Source of the DNA: a virus
Reading direction: 5' to 3' (one strand)
Virus record (IMG/VR): IMGVR_UViG_3300005976_000005
Coordinates: 100,448 to 149,281 of that record
DNA length: 48,834 bases
Position numbers and translations under genes: made by a program. A model generated the notes under the pieces. It was not told the origin of the DNA. It saw only the letters and a program-made list of their open reading frames with translations, and did no database searches. Positions 1 through 8,093 of the stretch are shown in pieces. Within the stretch, counting starts at the first letter, position 1; every line of letters starts with the position of its first letter.

Positions 1-918
1 AACATAACATTGTTTGATAACTCAAATACAAGACCTTCGTACTCATCACCAAACTTACCTGACTTTATTAGACTACCAAGCTTCTTTGAGAAGTCCTTCT
101 GCATCTGGAGCAATTCTTGTTTGATTCTTCTCTTTTGTTCCATAGCGGGTTTCTTTCTGCTTGGATTCATAATGATTTCATCAATCTTCTGTCCATATTC
201 CTTCTCAATGTTATTTATAAATTTCTCAACTCTCTGAATTTCAGGAGTCAAATCAACTTCATTGAAATCCGAAATATCACCATAGTCAAATCTTATTCCA
301 TTGGTGCTCAAATTCTTCAAGTCTTCTTTTATCTTCTGGACCTTTTCCTGCTCTAAAGGTCTTCCCTTTCCATCCGTCGCATTTATAACAACGAATGTTG
401 CCCACTCACCAAGCTTTTCCTTTTTGTACCAAGTAGCAACAAACTTTACAAGCGAGCTATCTTCTTCCGAACCTTTTCCAATTGGAAGATAAAAAGCCTC
501 TGTTTGGATTTTTATTCCACTTGGTGTGTTTATTGACTTGAGATATTTCTGAAGCTTATCATAATTCTTCAATCTTTTCAGAATATCCTCATAACCTTCT
601 GTAACTGGGTCTGTCTGTCCCCTCTTACCAATAGTAAACTGTCTGAATTTTCCCTCGTCAAATATAGGTCCCGAATGCGATGACTCAACAAAGAACTTAC
701 CGTCTTTATCAACTCCAAAAAAAAAAACGAAAACCGTCCATTTTTTCACTCAAATTAGTATTCACTCTATTTAATTTTCCTTCATTTGAAGATTTAATAA
801 ATCTAATAATATCTAAAAAATCTTTAGGTTTCATACTATACTTATCATGATAAATATGTTGGATTCCAGTTCTCGGTGAAGATGAAACTTCACTAAAATA
901 ATGTTTGATAAAATTCAT
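1..918 (-). CDS. ATP-dependent ligase/covalent nucleotidyltransferase-superfamily protein (RNA-ligase-like); 3'-partial, with a +1 frameshift in an 11-nt homopolymer at 717-727
   Basis: ATG at 918 (MNFIKHYFSE...) reads to motif I SEKMDGFRFFF. Removing one T from the T11 run continues GVDKDGKFFVESSHSGP...QTEAFY...FVVINA...YEGLVFELSNNVM, open to the window edge. KxDG and EGxV match ligase motifs I and IV. Confidence 0.7.
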
Positions 919-2011
919 TTTCCAAGACCTCATTAATATTTTCATTAAAATCAATTCTCAATAATTTTATATTATTATCCTTACAATATTTATTCTTAAT
1001 TTCATCTTTAACTTTCTGATTTAAAAAATCTTCTTTTGTCGTTTGATATTTTCCAATAAATGAAAAAGGTTTAAAATGTTGTTCTCCATCATATTCAATA
1101 CAAGTATTATATTTTGGAAGATAAAAGTCAAACGGCAATGGTAATTTATACCTACAATCTTTAAATCGTTTTTGACAAACAAACTTAATATTGTTTTTAA
1201 TTAGCCAACTCTCTATTTTTCTTTCACCGTTTGAGTTTTGACATTTTGGACAACCTCTAGCATTATTCTTGTGATTATTAGGAGTTTGCCAAAATTCACC
1301 ATGTTTCGGACAAATGATACAAACTTTCGTAAAAATATCCTTAAATTGAACTTTACTATAATCGTATTTATTATTATGAACCATATTACAAATATTTATA
1401 AAATCTTCATTTGTTAAATGTTGTCCGGCACATTTTGGACAACCTTTACCAGCTAAATGATTGTCCGGTATTTGTTCAAAAACTCCATGTTCTTTACAAA
1501 TAATTTTGATTGATAAATTTGTTCTTTTGTAATTAACTAAAGAGTAGTCATATTTATTTTTATGTACCTTTTGAAATTTCTCTAACATTTCATCCAATGA
1601 ATTTCTATGACTATTTGCTCTTTTGATTTTTCCACAAAAAGGACATCCTATTCCAGAAACATGAGAAGATGGTATTTGTTCAAAAACTCCATGTTCTTTA
1701 CAAATAATTTTTATTTTTAAATTATTCTTTAATTTTTCAAAGTTAACTAAAGAATATTCATATTTGTTCTTATGTGTTTTTAAAACTTTCCTTACAAAAT
1801 CTTCTATGCTATTTATTCTACCGGCACATTTTGGACATCCTTGACCTTTCCAATGTTTTTGAGGTGATTGTTCAAAAACTCCATGTTCTTTACAAATAAT
1901 TTTTACCTTAGAACGATTATTTTTATATTTAACTAAAGAATATTCATATAAATCTCTATGAACTTTTATAGCTTTTTGAATAAAAATATCGTTTGTAATA
2001 ATTTTTGGCAT
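893..2011 (-). CDS. Free-standing homing endonuclease: tandem Zn-ribbon repeats plus C-terminal PD-(D/E)xK (Vsr-like) domain
   Basis: Four repeats of YDYSLV...KIICKEHGVFEQ.P..H..G.GCPKC, then PFDFYLPKYNTCIEYDGEQHF; much more AT-rich than flanking genes. Confidence 0.85.
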   Translation of the reverse strand: MPKIITNDIFIQKAIKVHRDLYEYSLVKYKNNRSKVKIICKEHGVFEQSPQKHWKGQGCPKCAGRINSIEDFVRKVLKTHKNKYEYSLVNFEKLKNNLKIKIICKEHGVFEQIPSSHVSGIGCPFCGKIKRANSHRNSLDEMLEKFQKVHKNKYDYSLVNYKRTNLSIKIICKEHGVFEQIPDNHLAGKGCPKCAGQHLTNEDFINICNMVHNNKYDYSKVQFKDIFTKVCIICPKHGEFWQTPNNHKNNARGCPKCQNSNGERKIESWLIKNNIKFVCQKRFKDCRYKLPLPFDFYLPKYNTCIEYDGEQHFKPFSFIGKYQTTKEDFLNQKVKDEIKNKYCKDNNIKLLRIDFNENINEVLENEFYQTLF

Positions 2012-2026
2012 TCAGTTTACCTCTAA

Positions 2027-2150
2027 TTAGAGATCACTTATGTCTCCTAAGAATCTAATAATCTCAAGAAAGTCATTAGGCTTCATAGAATCTGGACTAA
2101 AATAAACAACAGCTTCGTCAAAATGATCTTCGTTTAATTTTTCCTTCGAA
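2027..2150 (-). pseudogene. Stranded remnant of the original 5' end of the ligase-like gene
   Basis: Encodes ...FSPDSMKPNDFLEIIRFLGDISDL*, matching SMKPKDFLDIIRF at 799-837; follows an AGGAGA RBS but has no intact start. Confidence 0.7.
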
Positions 2151-2160
2151 ACTTATTCTC

Positions 2161-2436
2161 CTATGCTGGACGCTTACCAAGGTCTGGTTTTGTTTTGCTT
2201 GCCAATGTAGAAAGTTCATTTCTAACTCTACCAAAAGCCTTATCTGCCGCCTGGTTGAAAGATTGATAAGCATAATCTATAGCGAGTACATCATCAACTT
2301 TGGTAGAATCCATATACTCCCAAAAAGCACTGTACGCTTTGTCTACAGCTCTCTCTACTGCTTCTTGAAAAGAATATGGTCTAACCTCTATACCTTTGTT
2401 AAATTCTTCTGATAGATACTTCTGATATTCTTTCAT
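2161..2436 (-). CDS. Hypothetical protein, probable internal head protein
   Basis: 91 aa; N-terminus MKEYQKYLSE resembles the T4 capsid-targeting sequence MKTYQEFIAE; ATGA-type overlap with upstream gene. Confidence 0.7.
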   Translation of the reverse strand: MKEYQKYLSEEFNKGIEVRPYSFQEAVERAVDKAYSAFWEYMDSTKVDDVLAIDYAYQSFNQAADKAFGRVRNELSTLASKTKPDLGKRPA

Positions 2437-4301
2437 TTTTTAATCCCCTTCTTTCTTTTTAAGTCTTGATAGAATGGTAACACGAAATCTCTCAATTGCT
2501 CATCACTCATTTTGAATTGAGGAAAGACTTTCGCAAACTCGTCATAAGCAGCTTTCTTTGCCTCAAAGTCATTCATTTGTATTCCGTCTTTCCAAGCATC
2601 TGGTCCTTGTTCTATTTCCTGTCCCTTTCTCCATATAATGTCCATAAAGTTATTATATACCATCTTTATAGTGTCGTTGTCAAGATATTTTTTCATTAAC
2701 TTCAAAATACCTACAAACGAATGGAAGTCTTTCTTTTCTACTGGTGTAGGCTTCTTCTCAAAAACAAAAGCAAAAATATCTTCAATATCTCTTTCGTAGT
2801 TTGAAACTTTCGTTGGAATTTCCTTATATATTGGCTTTCCTTCAGGTGTTCTTTGAATCTCACCCTTATCATCAAGGACTGGCTCAAAAGCAACTCTCAT
2901 TCCCTTATCAACAGAGAACTTTCTCATTGCTGGGTTGTCATATTTAGTGCTTGTTGAAATCTTACCAGTTGGTGTTTGAATAGCAATATCTCCAAGTCTT
3001 TGCTTTGCTGATACAAGCGATCTCATAAGAAGCTTTGAGAAAGCTCCCTTTACCTTATTCTTTATGTCCTGCCAAGAACTGTAGTGAGCAAATGTTGAAA
3101 ATTCGTTTGGTACACCGTCCTCAAAAAATGTTGGCTCAAAGTCAATCTGAATATTCTTCACTAAGTCGGGAACAACAGATGAAACGAATATTGTGTTTTC
3201 CTGTGTTTGTGATTTACCACCTTTACCTAAGAAAGTCATCTTACCAAACTTCTGTCCTTCATTATCCTTGAGGAATTCCTTAAGAAGAGGTCTTAGCTCT
3301 TCTGGATATTGTAAATCCATATCTCCAACTGCCTTTTTATGCTTACTGAATTCATCATAAGGCTTGGAAAAGAACAATCTTGTAGAACCAGAGAATAGTT
3401 TTCCACTCTTAACATTCTCTTCAAATTTTGGGAACAATGGTTTGTTGTATTTCTTCTCGAATTCTTTATTGAATGCTCTTAGTGCGTCGACTATTTCCTT
3501 CTGTAATTCTCTAAACTGTTTTGCGGAAATCTTATCCATCGGAATTTTTTCTGCTGGAACTTCTTTACCATCTTTAGTGATAACCTTTACATTACCACCT
3601 TCTTTCAAATAGTAAAATTTATCAAATCTCATTGTATTATGGCTCTCTATAATATTGTTCTTTTTTAGCATATCAATCATCATATCATATACTGACTCTT
3701 CATAACCAGTAAGTCTCAAAAACTCTTCCTTGTTTTTATCAAGGAGAGCCCTTCTAACTTTTGTACCAGAAGTATCTTCTTCTCCACGACTTTCAAGAAA
3801 GAAGTATTCACCCTTTCCGAAATCAGAATCAGATGGATCAGTAGTTCCTTCGTTCTTTGGATCATACTCAACGAAATATCTCTGGAAGTCCTTTATTCTG
3901 TCTGGACCTACTATGAATACTGGTCTATCAACACCAGCCTGAACTACTCTTGTAAACATTCTAATTGGAATTGAGGAGTCCACACGAATAAATCTTGCTC
4001 CGGTAGCCTCCTCAATTATCTTCTTTTTCTGTTCATCAGTAAAAATGTCGACCTTTGGGTCGACTTTCTTTCTGGTTGGAGAAACGATTACAACGTCATC
4101 AAAATGTTGCTTAGCAAAATCAACAAGCCTACCGTGCCCCTTTTTTCCAGTCCAGGGAGCAAATTTCCCAAAGATGACAGCGGTAGGCTTCTCATTCTTG
4201 TCAATTACATAACGATTTAGTTCAACCGTTTTAGATGGGTCGTTCCTATCTGGAACTTCAACTGTTATCATTCCTTCCAGAATTGTAGAAAACATTCCCA
4301 T
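2433..4301 (-). CDS. Two-domain protein: HIGH-family cytidylyltransferase-like domain fused to a Pol-beta-type nucleotidyltransferase domain
   Basis: N-terminal FGKFAPWTGKKGHGRLV, IVGPDR and SGTKVR (HIGH/KMSKS-like); C-terminal FSGS...GDMDLQY and QIDFE (GS-DxD-D pattern). Confidence 0.75.
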   Translation of the reverse strand: MGMFSTILEGMITVEVPDRNDPSKTVELNRYVIDKNEKPTAVIFGKFAPWTGKKGHGRLVDFAKQHFDDVVIVSPTRKKVDPKVDIFTDEQKKKIIEEATGARFIRVDSSIPIRMFTRVVQAGVDRPVFIVGPDRIKDFQRYFVEYDPKNEGTTDPSDSDFGKGEYFFLESRGEEDTSGTKVRRALLDKNKEEFLRLTGYEESVYDMMIDMLKKNNIIESHNTMRFDKFYYLKEGGNVKVITKDGKEVPAEKIPMDKISAKQFRELQKEIVDALRAFNKEFEKKYNKPLFPKFEENVKSGKLFSGSTRLFFSKPYDEFSKHKKAVGDMDLQYPEELRPLLKEFLKDNEGQKFGKMTFLGKGGKSQTQENTIFVSSVVPDLVKNIQIDFEPTFFEDGVPNEFSTFAHYSSWQDIKNKVKGAFSKLLMRSLVSAKQRLGDIAIQTPTGKISTSTKYDNPAMRKFSVDKGMRVAFEPVLDDKGEIQRTPEGKPIYKEIPTKVSNYERDIEDIFAFVFEKKPTPVEKKDFHSFVGILKLMKKYLDNDTIKMVYNNFMDIIWRKGQEIEQGPDAWKDGIQMNDFEAKKAAYDEFAKVFPQFKMSDEQLRDFVLPFYQDLKRKKGIKK

Positions 4302-4306
4302 TCTCC

Positions 4307-6316
4307 TTATCCTCTTGCTCCACCCTTCTTGTATTCAGATGGTATTTGAGGAGATGGAACTTTCTCAATCTTCTCCTTTGGCTTTGAAGGAGACTTTGTG
4401 TAGTTTCCAGATGGTGCTGCCTTCTTGTCACTCTTTGGAACTTTACCAGCAGGTTCCATCTTATGCTTTGGCTTAGATGGAGACTTTGTGTAGTTTCCAG
4501 ATGGTGCTGGTTTAGATGGAGACTTTGGTGCCGATGGAACCTTCTCAATCTTTTCCTTTGGTTTCGAAGGATTCGATGTGAAGCCGTCAGCACTATGGTC
4601 AGATGCGTTGTAAATTTCTTCCTCGTCCATCTCCATATATCTGTTTGCTAACTTAGCAAAACTCAATCCTTCTTCTGCCATTTCTTCCATTTCTTCTTCA
4701 CTTCTATTCAGTGCGTTCTTCCACTGACTCTTGAATTTAGATGAGTAATCGTCTTCACTTCTACTCTTATTTCTCTTCAACGCATCCTTCCACTGACTCT
4801 TGAATTTAGATTGGTAGTCCATTTCTTCTTCACCATCTATAGCGACACTTATAGCAGCGTGGATCACATCTATTTCTTCGTCGGAAAGTCTTTCTCCAGA
4901 ATGAAGCTTATCCATTACGTTGTCAAGAACCGCTGTGTCAGATTTTCCTTCTTTAGCGGCGGCGATAGCTCCGGCAATTATATCTCTTTCTGGTTCTGAA
5001 AGATTTTCACCGTCACGAACCTTTGCCATAACATCTTCCAAGCCACCGTCGTCTTCCATTTCTTCTTCAGCATATTCCATTTCTTCTTCAGCATATTCCA
5101 TCTCTTCTTCAGAAGTTCCTGGTCCAATAACCTCAAGCTGTTCAATAGGTGCCTCATACTCCTCACCATCCTGGTCAGTAACATAAGCAATATCACCTTC
5201 AAATCCAGCAACCATACAAGGCATTCCCTTGTAAAGAACTTCCTGACCATTCTTCAATGGGCAACCCATTTCTTCTTCACTGTATTTCATACCACACTCT
5301 TCTTCAGCATCATATTCCATTTCTTCAACTTCATCAATAGTAAACTTAGACTTCTTCTTGTTGATATCCACACCAACAATCTCTTTATCTTTGGTAACTG
5401 AAACAACATTATACCAATCTTCGTTGACTTTTACAAGTTTACCAACAAGCTTATTGAGGTCAAGGCTTTCTAAGTCATACATAGAAGAACCAGCATAACC
5501 TCTCTTTCTCATTGTCATTTCTTCTTCTGCTTCTTCATCATCACCACCAAGATCAGCGATGTCTTCCCAGTTTATAGCATCAGCATCTTCAGGTTCTTCT
5601 CCTGCGTCTTCTGACTCTTCACCAGCATCTTCAGGTTCTTCTCCTGCGTCTTCTGGCTCTTCACCAGCATCCTCAGGTTCTTCTTCCTCTGCTTCTCTAA
5701 TGCTCTTGGATTCTGGATACATCTCTTCTTCAGCTTCTCCACCTTCTTCTGGCTCTTCCATCTGAACTGTAAATCCTTTGAAAAGAGTCTCAAGAGAATC
5801 TGTAAATGCCTTTAATTCTTCTTCACTATCAAATTCGTGTTCTGACTTTTCAAGACCAGTTCCATCAGAAGGCTCTACCATTACCTTCATTCCTTCAACA
5901 GAAACCTTTACAATCTTTTCTTCCTCTGGTTCTTCTGTTTCCTCTTCAACAACGTCCTTTCTCGGTCTTCCTCTTTTCTTACCAGTAGATTCCATACCAA
6001 GACCAGACGATCTGTTTTTATCAACGTCATTATTGATAGTGATTCTGATTTCACCTTCATCAAGTGAGTTGACCTTCTCAACAACGTAATCCATATTGTT
6101 CTTAAGGAATTCAACGTCAATTGTTGAAGGAGCAATTCTTTCATCTACGAATTCATTCTGAATTCTGTGAAGTGCTGTCTTCTTGTCTGAGTAATCATCA
6201 TCAAAAGCTTCTCTGACGATGGATACAACCTTATCCCATCTTTCCTTAATTATCTTCTCAGAAGCGGAAACATCCTCATTGAAGTTTTCTTTAAGATACT
6301 TTGTAAATTCTAACAT
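4307..6316 (-). CDS. Very acidic repeat-rich protein, possible prohead core/scaffold or internal polyprotein
   Basis: 669 aa; starts MLEFTKYLKE; AT-hook-like KKRGRPRK; many [ASG]EEEM motifs; basic Pro/Lys-rich repeated C-terminus. Confidence 0.75.
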   Translation of the reverse strand: MLEFTKYLKENFNEDVSASEKIIKERWDKVVSIVREAFDDDYSDKKTALHRIQNEFVDERIAPSTIDVEFLKNNMDYVVEKVNSLDEGEIRITINNDVDKNRSSGLGMESTGKKRGRPRKDVVEEETEEPEEEKIVKVSVEGMKVMVEPSDGTGLEKSEHEFDSEEELKAFTDSLETLFKGFTVQMEEPEEGGEAEEEMYPESKSIREAEEEEPEDAGEEPEDAGEEPEDAGEESEDAGEEPEDADAINWEDIADLGGDDEEAEEEMTMRKRGYAGSSMYDLESLDLNKLVGKLVKVNEDWYNVVSVTKDKEIVGVDINKKKSKFTIDEVEEMEYDAEEECGMKYSEEEMGCPLKNGQEVLYKGMPCMVAGFEGDIAYVTDQDGEEYEAPIEQLEVIGPGTSEEEMEYAEEEMEYAEEEMEDDGGLEDVMAKVRDGENLSEPERDIIAGAIAAAKEGKSDTAVLDNVMDKLHSGERLSDEEIDVIHAAISVAIDGEEEMDYQSKFKSQWKDALKRNKSRSEDDYSSKFKSQWKNALNRSEEEMEEMAEEGLSFAKLANRYMEMDEEEIYNASDHSADGFTSNPSKPKEKIEKVPSAPKSPSKPAPSGNYTKSPSKPKHKMEPAGKVPKSDKKAAPSGNYTKSPSKPKEKIEKVPSPQIPSEYKKGGARG
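4357..4570. repeat. Coding repeats (APSGNYTKSPSKPK x2, KEKIEKVPS x2)
   Basis: ggagactttgtgtagtttccagatggtgctg and gatggaac.ttctcaatctt.tcctttgg each occur twice. Confidence 0.85.
5056..5110. repeat. 21-bp tandem repeat (EEEMEYA)
   Basis: ttccatttcttcttcagcata, about 2.5 copies. Confidence 0.85.
5581..5685. repeat. 21-bp tandem repeat x5 (EEPEDAG) with a 42-bp higher-order unit
   Basis: Alternating cagcatcttcaggttcttctc / ctgcgtcttctg.ctcttcac units. Confidence 0.9.
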
Positions 6317-6343
6317 ATCTTCTCTCCTATAATTATGTGAAAA

Positions 6344-6490
6344 TCAATCATCATCTGTTTTAATAAATATTGTTTCTCCAAAGTCCAATTCTTCTGGCTC
6401 TTCATCTTCATCTTCAAAGCCATAGAAATCTTTGAAATCTTCGAAATCTTCAATGTCATTCTCGTCCCTAATATAATCATTGTTAGACAT
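6344..6490 (-). CDS. Small acidic protein (48 aa), absent from the ORF track
   Basis: AAGGAG RBS, ATG at 6490, MSNNDYIRDENDIEDFEDFKDFYGFEDEDEEPEELDFGETIFIKTDDD*; directly downstream of a late promoter motif. Confidence 0.65.
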   Translation of the reverse strand: MSNNDYIRDENDIEDFEDFKDFYGFEDEDEEPEELDFGETIFIKTDDD

Positions 6491-6887
6491 CTAACGACTC
6501 CTTATTTGTATTTATAGTCTTAAAATTAAATTTATGACTTATCTTCCATTCCATCTTCTGGTTATGAGGCAAGACAAATACAAACTTATTATGAGGTTCT
6601 ATTTCTTCATCACCAACTTCAATCAAACCCCAATTTTTAAGACAGAAAGCAATTGCGTTTCTTCTTAGTAAGTCATCTTCACATACTGAGTTATAGGCTG
6701 AATCTCTTGTCAAAAGAAACATCTGTTTAAAATGTACCAAAAAGGTCTTTCCATCCTGCTCATAAAGATAACAACTTGGATACAAAATCTTTTTCTTCTT
6801 GTTTGCGATTCCGATTCTATTAAGAGTTTCCTTTATTACCTTATCATCAACAAGAACTTTCACTTCAAGCAAATCATTAAAAGTCAT
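6483..6887 (-). CDS. regA: RegA translational repressor
   Basis: IKETLNRIGIANKKKKILYPSCYL...LVHFKQMF...RRNAIAFCLKNWGLIE parallels T4 RegA. Confidence 0.92.
   Translation of the reverse strand: MTFNDLLEVKVLVDDKVIKETLNRIGIANKKKKILYPSCYLYEQDGKTFLVHFKQMFLLTRDSAYNSVCEDDLLRRNAIAFCLKNWGLIEVGDEEIEPHNKFVFVLPHNQKMEWKISHKFNFKTINTNKESLDV
6509..6516 (-). promoter_or_regulatory. T4-type late promoter TATAAATA
   Basis: Exact consensus, upstream of the acidic/internal protein cluster. Confidence 0.6.
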
Positions 6888-7129
6888 ATTTCCTCCTTTA
6901 TATTAACTCTACAAACTTCCCAACCCTTATATTTCCTCTGTTGTTTTATTGATTGTTGTTTGATAAACTATCCTTAAATTTTATCAAAATAGGTTCTAAT
7001 CCACATTTCAATAATTTCCTAATCTTATTTACCAACATAAAATGGTTCATAATCAAACTCATACTCACCATACTTATATTTTCCTGGCTTTCTTGAATCC
7101 AAATAAACATATACATAATACTTATTCAT
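6884..7129 (-). pseudogene. Internally deleted GIY-YIG homing endonuclease relic
   Basis: Three out-of-frame pieces: MNKYYVYVYLDSRKPGKYKYGEYEFDYEPFYVGK*, NKIRKLLKCGLEPILIKFKDSLS and RKYKGWEVCRVNIKEEI* (stop overlaps the regA ATG). Confidence 0.75.
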
Positions 7130-7131
7130 AA

Positions 7132-7698
7132 TTAATATCCACAATTACCAGTAGTTGTTTTTGTTTCATATATTATTTCCTGATATGAGAAATTACCGGT
7201 AAAAGTAACTTCCTCACTTATACCAGCATTCAATGAAATAGAACCAAGTGTTACTAGAAATGCTTCTGTAAATCTCCAAACAACAATTGGCCTTTTCTGG
7301 TTGTCAAGGATATTTAGGTTAATTGACTTTATGGTGTATTTTCTAAAAAAATCTTCCTCACTATTAAAATCACCAACCTGTCCATATTTAAGAGCCTGCA
7401 TCCACTCAAAAAGATTTAGATAGTTCTTCATATCCTCCGACAGTTTGAACTCTACCTGTAATTGTGACAAGTCTTCATTAGCCTTAACACCACCAATAGG
7501 ATGCCTAATACGAAACCCTTTTATATCAGAATTGATTTCAAGAAGGTTATAATCTGGAAATACAACACTCTTAACGTAGTTATCGTACATTCTCATATCC
7601 CTAATTGTTTCCAATGATGGTATGTTAGAAAAGCTAACCTGCCACTTATCATTATGGAAAGTATTCGGGAAGTTTGCTGCTGGTGATGGATTAGTCAT
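7132..7698 (-). CDS. Tail tube terminator / tail completion protein (T4 gp3-like)
   Basis: LQVEFKLSEDMKNYLNLFEWM...LNILDNQKRPIVVWRFTEAF...LGSI resembles gp3. Confidence 0.8.
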   Translation of the reverse strand: MTNPSPAANFPNTFHNDKWQVSFSNIPSLETIRDMRMYDNYVKSVVFPDYNLLEINSDIKGFRIRHPIGGVKANEDLSQLQVEFKLSEDMKNYLNLFEWMQALKYGQVGDFNSEEDFFRKYTIKSINLNILDNQKRPIVVWRFTEAFLVTLGSISLNAGISEEVTFTGNFSYQEIIYETKTTTGNCGY

Positions 7699-7731
7699 TT
7701 TTATTACCTAATTTTTTCATCAATCTTTTGG

Positions 7732-7880
7732 CGGTCTTTTCCATTTCTTCTGTGACACTCCACGGGGCAAGCCCCGTGGCTTCTGCTTAGTTTTCTAAGC
7801 ATTCTTTTTCTTGCTTCAACGACAGTTCTATTGAACCATCTCCACAAGCGTTAATTCCGCTGTGCCCCAGCGTATTTCCT
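7732..7880 (-). ncRNA. Putative omega-RNA (reRNA) scaffold plus flanking guide of the IS605-type element
   Basis: TnpB guide RNAs are known to derive from the tnpB 3' end and right end; that segment is what is retained. Guide would be AGAAGAAATGGAAAAGACCG. Boundaries approximate. Confidence 0.55.
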
Positions 7881-7966
7881 ATCATTCCTATATTTAGAAT
7901 TTGTCAAGTGTTTTTTGAAAATATTTTGCCAATTCATCCCCGCCGCAAGCGGGAGGGGTTTTCTTG
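7752..7966 (-). mobile_element. Non-autonomous IS200/IS605-family (tnpB-derived) miniature element
   Basis: Left end CAAGAAAACCCC..GGGG with imperfect hairpin; right-end hairpin CCACGGGGC-TT-GCCCCGTGG ending TCAC; retains a TnpB-like C-terminal tail NTLGHSGINACGD..SLKQE; no target duplication; precise removal restores the host ORF. Confidence 0.85.
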
Positions 7967-8093
7967 GTGTTTCCTATAACAGTAATACAATCGTCCAAAC
8001 ATCCTTCATAGTGAAACTCTACAAATCCGTTACCATCGTCGTCTATTTTTGAACTAGTCAATTTCAACATATGGTTTAAGAAATATTTTTCCA

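Noticed and set aside
4357-5685. CRISPR-like or ncRNA repeat array
   Set aside because: The repeats are in-frame multiples of 3 encoding peptide repeats, with no unique spacers
7894-7966. C-terminus TKKTPPACGGDELAK... of the 66-aa track ORF as a genuine protein end
   Set aside because: It is read-through into the left end of the inserted element; the real C-terminus lies at 7751-7691
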